Counted from the stretch's first letter, positions 24,580-35,300 are shown. The stretch is 64,000 bases of DNA from Heptranchias perlo (GCF_035084215.1 NC_090358.1:1488001-1552000), one strand, 5' to 3'. The notes: generated from the sequence alone by a model not told the origin. Program-made: numbers and translations.

Positions 24580-27500
24580 TCACATCCCTCCACCATTGAC
24601 CTGGAGTCTCCACCAATTAAACAAACATTCATCTCCTCCACACTCTCCGCTGTCTTTCTCCCTTACCACCATACTTGGGATGCTTCACACCATCTCCAAC
24701 CTGTTCTCCGCTCCGGCTCCAAACTCTTTTGCCTCTTCCTGTGCTCTTTTCTCCTTCTGTTTCTTTCTCCTTCCGTTCTCTGGCGGTGTTCTCTGCCTGC
24801 TCTGCTCCACTCCGTCTTCCTGCTCCTTCTCCATCCTCCTCGTCCTTCAAGGGGCTTCCTTCTGCACGCTCGCAGCGGTTGGGGACTTTGTGACACCCAC
24901 CACAGCACTCTGCTCTACAGCTCCGAGCGATGGTAGCATAGTGGTTATGTTACTGGACTAAAATCCAGAGTCATGAGTTCAAATCCCGCCACGGCAGCTG
25001 GCGAATTTAAATTAAATTAACTAATTAAATTCAATTAATTAAATAAAAATCTGGAATTAAAACACTAGTATCAGTAATGGTGGCCATGAAATTACCGGAT
25101 TGTCGTAAAAACCCATCTGGTTCACTAATGTCCTTTAGGGAAGGAAGCCTGCCGTCCTTACCCGGTCTGGCCTATATGTGACTCCAGACCCACAGCAATG
25201 TGGTTGATTCTTAATTGCCCTCTGAAATGGCCCAGCAAGCCACTCAGTTGTAAAATCTCGCTACGAAAAGTCATAATAAGAATAAAACCGGACGGACCAC
25301 CCGGCATCGGACCACTAGGCACCGGACACGACAACGGCAAAACACCAAGCCCAGTCGACCCTGCAAGGTCCTCCTTACTAACATCTGGGGACTTGTGCCA
25401 AAATTGGGAGAGCTGTCCCACAGACTAGTCAAGCAACAGCCTGACATAACCATACTCACAGAATCATATCTTTCAGCCAACGTCCCAGACTCTTCCATCA
25501 CCATCCCTGGGTATGTCCTGTCCCACCGGCAGGACAGACCCACCAGAGGTGGCGGTACAGTGATATACAGTCAGGAGGGAGTGGCCCTGGGAGTCCTCAA
25601 CATTGACTCTGGACCCCATGAAATCTCATGGCATCAGGTCAAACATGGGCAAGGAAACCTCCTGCTGATTACCACCTACCGTCCTCCCTCAGCTGATGAA
25701 TCAGTCCTCCTCCATGTTGAACACCACTTGGAGGAAGCACTGAGGGTAGCAAGGGCACAAAATGTACTCTGGGTGGGGGACTTCAATGTCCATCACCAAG
25801 AGTGGCTCGGTAGCACCACGACTGACCGAGCTGGCCGAGTCCTGAAGGACATAGCTGCTAGACTGGGCCTGCGGCAGGTGCTGAGCGAACCAACACGAGG
25901 GAAAAACTTACTTGACCTCGTCCTCACCAATCTACCTGTCGCAAATGCATCTGTCCATGACAGTATTGGTAGGAGTGACCACCGCACAGTCCTCGTGGAG
26001 ATGAAATCCCGTCTTCGCACTGAGGACACCATCCAACGTGTTGTGTGGCACTACCACCGTGCTAAATGGGATAGATTCAGAACAGATCTAGCAGCTCAAA
26101 ACTGGGCATCCATGAGGCGCTGTGGGCCATCAGCAGCAGCAGAATTGTATTCCAGCACAATCTGTAACCTCATGGCCCGGCATATTCCTCACTCTACCAT
26201 TACCAACAAGCCAGGGGATCAACCCTGGTTCAATGAGGAGTGTAGAAGAGCATGCCAGGAGCAGCACCAGGCGTACCTAAAAATGAGGTGCCAACCTGGT
26301 GAAGCGACAACTCAGGACTACATGCATGCTAAACAGCGGAAGCAACATGCTATAGACAGAGCTAAGCGATTCCACAACCAACGGATCAGATCAAAGCTCT
26401 GCAGTCCTGCCACATCCAGTCATGAATGGTGGTGGACAATTAAACAACTAACGGGAGGAGGAGGCTCTGCAAACATCCCCATTCTCAACGATGGCAGAGT
26501 CCAGCACGTGAGTGCAAAAGACAAGGCTGAAGCGTTTGCAACCATCTTCAGCCAGAAGTGCCGAGTGGATAATCCATCTCAGCCTCCTCCCGATATCCCC
26601 ACCATCACGGAAGCCAGTCTTCGGCCAATTCGATTCACTCCACGTGATATCAAGAAACGGCTGAGTGCACTGGATACAGCAAAGGCTATGGGCCCCGACA
26701 ACATCCCAGCTGTAGTGCTGAAGACTTGTGCTCCAGAACTAGCTGCGCCTCTAGCCAAGCTGTTCCAGTACAGCTACAACACTGGCATCCACCCGACAAT
26801 GTGGAAAATTGCCCAGGTATGTCCTGTCCACAAAAAGCAGGACAAATCCAATCCGGCCAATTACCGCCCCATCAGTCTACTCTCAATCATCAGCAAAGTG
26901 ATGGAAGGTGTCGTCGACAGTGCTATCAAGCGGCACTTACTCACCAATAACCTGCTCCCCGATGCTCAGTTTGGGTTCCGCCAGGACCACTCGGCTCCAG
27001 ACCTCATTACAGCCTTGGTCCAAACATGGACAAAAGAGCTGAATTCCAGAGGTGAGGTGAGAGTGACTGCCCTTGACATCAAGGCAGCATTTGACCGAGT
27101 GTGGCACCAAGGAGCCCTAGTAAAATTGAAGTCAATGGGAATCAGGGGGAAAACTCTCCAGTGGCTGGAGTCATACCTAACACAAAGGAAGATGGTAGTG
27201 GTTGTTGGAGGCCAATCATCTCAGCCCCAGGGCATTGCTGCAGGAGTTCCTCAGGGCAGTGTCCTAGGCCCAACCATCTTCAGCTGCTTCATCAATGACC
27301 TTCCCTCCATCATAAGGTCAGAAATGGGGATGTTCGCTGATGACTGCACAGTGTTCAGTTCCATTCGCAACCCCTCAGATAATGAAGCAGTCCGAGCCTG
27401 CATGCAGCAAGACCTGGACAACATCCAGGCTTGGGCTCATAAGTGGCAAGTAACATTCGCGCCAGATAAGTGCCAGGCAATGACCATCTCCAACAAGAGA

Positions 27501-29001
27501 GTCTAACCACCTCCCCTTGACATTCAACGGCATTACCATCGCCGAATCCCCCACCATCAACATCCTGGGGGTCACCATTGACCAGAAACTTAACTGGACC
27601 AGCCATATAAATACTGTGGCTACGAGAGCAGGTCAGAGGCTGGGTATTCTGCAGCGAGTGACTCACCTCCTGACTCCCCAAAGCCTTTCCACCATCTACA
27701 AGGCACAAGTCAGGAGTGTGATGGAATACTCTCCACTTGCCTGGATGAGTGCAGCTCCAACAACACTCAAGAAGCTCGACACCATCCAAGATAAAGCAGC
27801 CCGCTTGATTGGCACCCCATCCACCACCCTAAACATTCACTCCCTTCACCACCGACGCACTGTGGCTGCAGTGTGTACCATCCACAGGATGCACTGCAGC
27901 AACTCGCCAAGGCTTCTTCGACAGCACCTCCCAAACCCGCGACCTCTACCACCTAGAAGGACAAGAGCAGCAGGCACATGGGAACAACACCACCACCTGC
28001 ACGTTCCCCTCCAAGTCACACACCATCCCGACTTGGAAATATATCGCCGTTCCTTCATCGTCGCTGGGTCAAAATCCTGGAACTCCCTTCCTAACAGCAC
28101 TGTGGGAGAACCGTCACCACACGGACTGCAGCGGTTCAAGAAAGCGGCTCACCACCACCTTCTCAAGGGCAATTAGGGATGGGCAATAAATGCTGGCCTC
28201 GCCAGCGACGCCCACATCGTGTGAACGAATAAATAAAAAAAAACTCAGCTCCGAGTGATGTGTCCCGACTCTCTGCAGTTAAAACAGAACAGGTCTGGAC
28301 AGTTTTATAAAAGGTGGTCACGTCCAGGACAATGGTAGGAAACCTTAACCTGGTAATTGTACTGCACTTCCTCCATCATCTCAAACTTCATTCTGTAAGG
28401 TAGAGGCCTTACCCCCTCTGGGAACCGCACCTTCACATAACGGGTTCCACTACTCCCCTTCCTGGGTAATGTCTGCTACTTCCAGCACCACAGATTTTAA
28501 TGTCCCACTGCTCCAGATTTTTTAATTAGGACTTCGTCCTTGATATAAAAATTTAAAAATGAGACCACCATCTCCTCAGAGAACAGTAGAGACACCTCCA
28601 GGATCTTACCTCCAACCTTAAACTCTCTAAAAGTCTTTCCAGCTTCCTTCCCAGTAGTCCTCATGCATGGCCTGGATAATATCCCAGGCTCTTATCCCCT
28701 TATCGTCACTGTGGTCCATCACCACATTCTCCGTCCCAAACCCTTGTGCCTCTTCTCCCTTCCCCCAACAATTTCTTCCCTGGTTAAATTCATCCCGGGA
28801 ACATCGTCCTCTGAGGGTCCCTACACTCCGACCCCTGCCCCCACCCCAGGGACACTTCGAGCCCACCCCGGCTGCTGTTTATAGAACAAAGACCCGCCAA
28901 AAAACAAATCAAAACTCACCACCAACTTTTTCCAACCTGATCTAACTCAAACCGCCCCCAGCTATCAAACACCAAACAGCACCCTCTCTCTCCACCCTCT
29001 C
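24580..29001 (-). mobile_element. Decayed Tx1-clade (L1 superfamily) 5'UTR + ORF1, Mutsu-like, split by the 3.3-kb LINE
   Basis: Minus-strand translation of ~28460-28246: GTRYVKVRFPEGVRPLPYRMKFE...QVKV..HC...H..*NCPDLFCFNCRESGHITRSC (CCHC knuckles of Tx1/ZCCHC3-type ORF1). It continues left of the TSD as RAECCGGCHKVPNRCE and an acidic/basic tail. The 5' end abuts 5S nt 22. Confidence 0.75.
24933..28243 (+). mobile_element. Full-length 3.3-kb single-ORF non-LTR retrotransposon (APE endonuclease + RT) with tRNA-derived 5' head; clade uncertain (CR1-group/RTEX-like)
   Basis: APE motifs (TNIWG, LTES, YRPP, GDFN, SDH) and RT motifs (NYRPISLL, QFGFR, AFDRVWH, PQGSVLGP, FADD). A box TAGCATAGTGG 24934-24944, B box GTTCAAATCC 24977-24986, poly(A) tail. 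15-bp TSD cagctccgagYgatg at 24918-24932 and 28246-28260. In-frame ATG 25227, TAA 25251, 2-bp deletion at ~27500. Confidence 0.95.
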
Positions 29002-29095
29002 TCAGACTAGTGTGACCGTGGGACTCAGCCCACTGGCTTTCTCTTTACTTAAAAGCTTGCAGTCTTGTCTCTCATTTTTTTGCTAACTTACATTT
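29002..29095 (-). pseudogene. 5S rDNA spacer plus 5S nt 1-22 only (copy C), cut off by the Tx1-like element
   Basis: 29025-29095 matches the spacer of copy A; 29023-29002 matches copy A nt 1-22 at 17/22. Confidence 0.75.
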
Positions 29096-29227
29096 ATGTA
29101 TTGTAGCTGGTGTGTGTGGGAGGCTGAGCAGCAAGAGAGTAAGGGAAACAAACAAAATATAAAGTAGGAAAAAGAATGAGGGACAGGACTGTAAGGCTTT
29201 AAGCAAAGAGCAAGCCAGTGGGCTGCT

Positions 29228-29347
29228 GCCTATGGCCACAGTTTGAAAACACCCGATCTTGTCTGCTCTCGTGAAGCTAAGCAGGGTCAGGCCTGGTTAG
29301 TACTTGTTTGGGAGACTACCTGGGAACACCAGGTGCCGTAAGCTTTT
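29228..29347 (+). pseudogene. 5S rRNA gene-like copy (copy B), probably a pseudogene
   Basis: GCCTATGGCCACA...CCCGATCTTGTCTG...GAAGCTAAGCAGGGTCAGGCCTGGTTAGTACTTG..TGGGAGACTACCTGGGAACACCAGGTGCCGTAAGCTTTT; A box, IE, C box and T4 terminator recognisable; small indels. Confidence 0.9.
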
Positions 29348-30051
29348 GCTGCCGGCAGAGGCTGCTCTCTGCTCTACACTTGCACGCTCCCGTTAATCAA
29401 TCACCAAGCTTTTTGCTGCCAGCTCCTGCACGGTCTCCTTTCTGTATCTCTCACTTTCCTTGGCTCATTTCCTTGCAGCCATTTATAGGGACATAGGAAC
29501 AGGAGGAAGCCATTCAGCCCCTCCAGCCTGTTCCGCCATTCAATTAGATCATGGCTGATCTGTACCTTAATTTCATTTACTCGCCTTTGTTCCATATCCC
29601 TTTACACCCTTACCCAACGAAAATCTCTCAATCATAGTTTTGAATTTTTCAATTGATCCCCAGCTTTTTTGGGGGGAAAGAGTTCCAGATTTCCACTACC
29701 CTTGAGTGAAGAAGTGCTTCCTGATATCACCCCTGAACGGCCTAGCTGTAATTTTAAGATTATGCCCCCTTGTTCTGGACACCCCCCATCAGAGGAAATA
29801 GCTTCTCTCTATCTGCCTTATCAAATCCTTTAATCACCCATAAATACCTCACCGGAGAGTGAGCAGGAACATGAGCTGAATTTTTACTTCCCTACTTCAG
29901 AAATGCCAAAGCCAATTGTAGCCCCTTATCTCATCTGAGACAAGCTACCTTAGTCCAGATTGGGAATATGAACCTGGGTCTTTCTGACCTAGTAAGGCTT
30001 AGCTACACCAGCCAATGCCTTTACTCACTGACCCATCAACAAATCTGCTTC

Positions 30052-30355
30052 CAAAGTGGCCATCTACAGGTGCAGGCTAGATGCGGCCAGTAGAGACGGT
30101 CGCTCCGGTTGTCTGCCTCTCTTCCGCTGCATTCATCACGCCCGGGTGGCCCTGGAGAGGGAGCACGTAGTGTCCGCCAGTACGCTTGTGGCATTCCGCG
30201 GCTGGTGGGCACTGCAGGGACTGGAGTGCATCCTTGATTAATATAATAAAATTATTATTTGACTTTGCACTTTGTTTTTTATTTTGATTTGGTTTCTTAA
30301 AAATAAAGCACACCCTTAACTCCCCTTCTTATAAAAGAAAAAAGAAAAGAAAATG
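30052..30355 (+). mobile_element. 3' fragment of an L1/Tx1-type LINE
   Basis: Encodes AIYRCR...LFR...ARVALEREH...TLVAFRGWWA (Tx1 ORF2 C-terminus-like); A-rich tail; 10-bp TSD aatctgcttc at 30042-30051 and 30356-30365. Confidence 0.75.
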
Positions 30356-30778
30356 AATCTGCTTCAAGGCAACATTGGTGAAAGTTGCCATTTATAATGG
30401 GCTGCAGCACATTTCGGACACCATATACAGCGAAGGGACAAAATATTTTCCTTGAAGGTTTCATGTTTTAGCTTTGTTCCTGACAAAGGGAAGGAGGGAT
30501 GAAGATAATGGACTTTTGAAGGTTAAGACGAGGGTGGGTAGGATTGCTATCTGTGGTTGGATGTATTCGTGGAGGTATAATCCGATGACCTCCCACCTCC
30601 ACTCCCGGCCAAACAGCCTTTTTTCCCATCTCCAAAATTTTTATAACCAATAAACAAAAATGTTCAAAAAGGAATGAAAATTAAACAAACAATTTTGTTC
30701 ACTGCCCCAATTATGTTTCTCCCAGGTTTGCTGGCAGCAATGCCCAGGAAATTACTCTTTAATAAGTCCTGGAGACTC

Positions 30779-31927
30779 CAGGCAGCATTTGATCGAGTGT
30801 GGCACCAAGGAGCCCTAGTAAAATTGAAGTCAATGGGAATCAGGGGGAAAACTCTCCAGTGGCTGGAGTCATACCTAGCACAAAGGAAGATGGTACTGGT
30901 TATTGGAGGCCAATCATCTCAGCCCCAGAACATTGCTGCAGGAGTTCCTCAGGGCAGTGTCCGAGGCCCAACCATCTTCAGCTGTTTCATCAATGACCTT
31001 CCCTCCATCATAAGGTCAGAAATGGGGATGTTCGCTGATGACTGCACAGTGTTCAGTTCCATTCGCAACCTCTCAGATAATGAAGCAGTCCGAGCCCGCA
31101 TGCAGCAAGACCTGGACAACATCCAGGCTTGGGCTGATAAGTGGCAAGTAACATTCGTGCCAGACAATGACCATCTCCAACAAGAGAGAGTCCAACCACC
31201 TCCCCTTGACATTCAACGGCATTACCATCGCCGAATCCCCCACCATCAACATCCTGGGGGGTGTCATCATTGACCAGAAACTTAACTGGACCAGCTACAT
31301 AAATACTGTGGCTACAAGAGCAGGTCAGAGGCTGGGTATTCTGTGGCGAGTGACTCACCTCCTGACTCCCCAAAGCCTTTCCACCATCTACAAGGCACAA
31401 GTCAGGAGTGTGATGGAATACTCTCCACTTGCCTGGATGAGTGCAGCTCCAACAACACTCAAGAAGCTCAACACCATCCAGGAAAAAGCAGCCCGCTTGA
31501 TTGGCACCCCATCCACCACCCTAAACATTCACTCCCTTCACCACCGGCGCACAGTGGCTGCAGTGTGCACCATCCACAGGATGCACTGCAGCAACTCGCC
31601 AAGGCTTCTTCAACAGCACCTCCCAAACCCGCGACCTCTACCACCTAGAAGGACAAGAGCAGCAGGCGCATGGGAACAACACCACCTGCACGTTCCCCTC
31701 CAAGTCACACACCATCCCGACTTGGAAATATATCGCCGTTCCTTCATTGTCGCTGGGTCAAAATCCTGGAACTCCCTTCCTAACAGCACTGTGGGAGAAC
31801 CGTCACCACACGGACTGCAGCGGTTCAGGAAGGCGGCTCACCACCACCTTCTCGAGGGCAATTAGGGATGGGCAATAAATGCCGGCCTCGCCAGCGACGC
31901 CCACATCCCATGAACGAATAAAAAAAG
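30779..31927 (+). mobile_element. 5'-truncated copy of the same LINE family
   Basis: Highly similar to 27081-28243; same 3' hairpin and A tail. Confidence 0.95.
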
Positions 31928-31929
31928 TC

Positions 31930-32350
31930 CCGGGACGGTCAGCTCCACCGTGGAGCCAAACTCCAGATGACCGAAAGTTGCCGTGTACGTGCGCGCTCCT
32001 GGCGACCTGCGTGTCGCCGGCAGCGCGCACGCCAAGCGCGGGACGGTCCGGGATACGCGCACGTCGGCCGTGCAGATTGTTCTAGCAAAAGAAGCGGCGG
32101 CGCGAAGGCGAAGGACGGACTGGCGGGACTGGGCGCTCACTCACCGGGAATAGTGCGCTCGGCGGCCCGGCTCAGCTCACAGCCCACAGCCCGGCTCGGC
32201 CCACAGCCCGAGGCCACAGCAGAGAGCGGCGGTGGGACGGGACGGGGAGATGCAGGGCCAGGGCCAGAGCCAGACGCTGACTCCGCACGTTTACTGGGCG
32301 CAGAGGCACCAGGAGCTGCTCCTCAGGGTGGAACTCAGCGATGTACAGGT
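31930..32350 (+). promoter_or_regulatory. HACD3 CpG-island promoter
   Basis: CpG-dense stretch with several NRF1-like GCGCGC/GCGCAC motifs (31990-32065) leading into exon 1. Confidence 0.7.
32250..32348 (+). CDS. HACD3: HACD3 exon 1
   Basis: MQGQGQSQTLTPHVYWAQRHQELLLRVELSDVQ|gtggga. Confidence 0.93.
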
Positions 32351-35300
32351 GGGAATGAGATGGGAGTTGCAGGGTTTGGGATTGGGAATGAGATGGGAGC
32401 TTCTGGGGTTTGGGATTGGGAATGAGATGGGAGCAGCCAGGGTGTGGGATTGGGAATGAGATGGGATCAGCCATGCTTTGAGATTAGGAATGAGATGGGA
32501 GCTTCTGGGGTGTGGGATTGGGAACGAGATGGGAGCTGCCAGGGATTGGGAATGAGATGGGAGCAGCCAGGGTGTGGGATTGGGAATGAGATGGGAGCTG
32601 CCAGGGTTTGGGATTGGGAATGAGAGAGCTGTCATGGGATCGACTGGAATGAGATGGGAGCTATCGGGGAATAGGAACTGCCAGGGACTGGGAATAAGAT
32701 GGGAACTGTCGGGATGTGATTGTGAAAGAAATGGATGCTGTCAAGCGATAGATTTGGAAAGATATGGGAACTGTCAAGTCTTGGGAATGGAAAGATATGG
32801 GAACTGTCAGGTCTTGGGAATGGAAAGATATGGGAACTGTCAGGTCTTGGGAATGGAAAGATATGGGAACTGTCAGGTCTTGGGAATGGAAAGATATGGG
32901 AACTGTCAGGTCTTGGGAATATGGTAAAGAAACAGGAACTGCTGACATTCCCATCTTGTTCATCCACATTTCCACTGTCAGGGAATGGGAATCAGGATGA
33001 AATGGGAATTGTCAGGTAGTGGAAATAAAATGGAAATTGTTAAGAAGTGCGAATGAGATAGGGACTATCAAGGAATGGGAACAGTCTGGACATGGAAATG
33101 AGGATAGGAGTGAGAGCATTTCTGGGCATAGGAATGCATGTGGGAGCTGTCTGGGAGTGGGAATAGACGGTTTGACAGGTGCTAACAGAATGGAATGGAT
33201 GGGTGAGAGCTGGCGAATTGGATTAAAGGAGGAGGGAGATATTGCCAATCTATGAGTGAGAAGGTTGCAGATTTCCTATGGGCTGTTTCTTGGTAAAATG
33301 CAGGGCATGTTTATACTTGCAGTATGGGATAGAATTGCAGTACCAGTTGCAAAGTGATTCCTAAAAGTTCATTAATAATATATTTTATGTGGTACCTCTG
33401 GTGAGGCACAGAGTGAGATAGATTTGCAAATTGGCCCCGTGTGTACAGTTGGTAACTGATACGGAGGTGGATGATACGTGCTATACAGAATTTGCTGATG
33501 ACACCAAGCGATGTGGCAGATGATGAATATAAGGAAGATTGATGGTATTAAATGGGCTAAAGATTGGCAGATTAATTTTAATCCAAGTGTAAGGTGATGC
33601 ACTTTGGAATAGGAAGTGTGAAACATACACAGTGAAGAGGCTTTCGTTAGTGAATGTGGGAAAAGAAAAAGGGTGATATTATTGAACATTCGCTGAAAGT
33701 ATCCAGTCAGTATGAAACTGTTATCAACAAGGCTAATCAAACTGGGCTAAATCACAAGGGCACTTGACTACAAGTCAAAACAGAGTGTTCTGATCTCCTG
33801 TCTATCTTCTGGTGTGGTCTTATCTAATTTGTGACCTTGTGTATATATATCATTGTGTGGTCTTACTTCAAATTATGATGTGCACTTGTGTACCCTTAAA
33901 ATCACATCGAGGCATTGGAGAGGGTTCAGAGAACAGTAACATAACCATAGAACTAGTTGGAATGCTGTGGAATGAACTACTGGAGTTAGTGATTGAAGCA
34001 GAGACCATGTCAACATTTAAGAATGGATTAGATAGGTGGTTGAAGGAAAGGGGAATAAAGGGATATGGGAACAGGGTGAGCCCATGGGATTAGAACTACT
34101 GCTGATGTGGAGATAAACGCCAACATGGACTGGTTGGGCCGAATGGCCTGCTTCCATGTTGTAATTTCTTTGTAAGAAAAGGCCATTTGGCCCATTGAGC
34201 CATGCCTTCCACGGACTCTACAGTCTGCTCTGCCTTGGATTTTGCCCTATCAATTTGTCACAAATTATGACATTTATACAGTTTTATTAGTGTATTTAAA
34301 GAATACCAGCAGTATCCTATGGTTAAAATAACAACTGGGTTCTTACATTTAGTTTGGTTAGTTTTTGTTTCTGCAAAACTAGAAAAGCTAGTTCGGTTAA
34401 AGTGCAAAGAACAAATAACAGGTCCTTTGTCTTGCGGGCATTGTTGGAAAGTGATGGTAAATTGGGCTCTATCATACAATTGAGAAGCAGAAATAGTTTT
34501 TATGAATTTTATCATTGAGTAATATCAGGCATAAATGTGTTTTTGGATGGTATGTGTCAAAGTGGCTGGGGACATGTTCAAATTAAGCTTGTGTATCATT
34601 GGTGTTAAGAGTATTGCTGTATTTTTAAGATGAGGAAGGTTCACAGAATTTTACATTTTTGCATTGAGTTAATTCACTGACGGTTTTGTGAGTTCCGTCT
34701 GGCCAAACGAGCTGCAGGATGTCTAGAATACAACCATTGTGCTGCTGTAGATGGTTTCATCACAATAACAACAGCAACCTGTATTTATATAGCGTCTTTA
34801 ATGTAGAAAAATGTTCCAAGGTTCTTCACGGAGACGTAATCAGACAAAAATAGACGCTGAGCCAAAGAAGGAAATTTTAAGAGGTGTGACCAAAAGCTAG
34901 GTCAAAGGGGAAGGTTTTAAGGTGAGTCTTAAAGTGGAAAGGGAGGTGGCGATGCGGAAGGGTTTGGGGAGGGAATTCCAGGCATGAGAGCCAGCTGAAG
35001 GCACGGCCGCCAATAGTGGGGCCACGGGAGGGAGGATGCACGTAGCGGCAGAGTCAGAGAAACGGAGCACTCGGGGGAGGTGATTGTAGGGCTTGAGGAG
35101 ATTACAGAGATGGGGAGGGGTGCGTCCATGAAGGGATTTAAACCAAGGATGACATTTTAAATTCAAGGCGTTGGGGGACTGGGAGCCAATGTAGGTCAGT
35201 ACGGACAGAGGTGAAGGGTGAGTGGGACCTGGTGTGGGATAGGACATGAGCAGCAAAGTTTTGGATGAACTGAGGTTTATGGAAGGTGGAGGACGGGAGG

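Noticed and set aside
24418-24961. Plus-strand 172-aa and 151-aa hydrophobic ORFs
   Set aside because: Antisense shadows of the purine-rich Tx1-like ORF1 tail; low complexity, no splice signals or homology.
24933-24995. Functional tRNA gene
   Set aside because: Only the A/B boxes are recognisable; no complete cloverleaf or terminator; it is the head of the retroelement.
25395-27506. 703-aa ORF as a host or domesticated gene, or a currently active element
   Set aside because: Multicopy LINE ORF with TSD and poly(A); this copy has an upstream in-frame stop and a frameshift.
32291-33019. Repetitive ORFs on both strands
   Set aside because: Artefacts of a 33-bp (multiple of 3) minisatellite in HACD3 intron 1.
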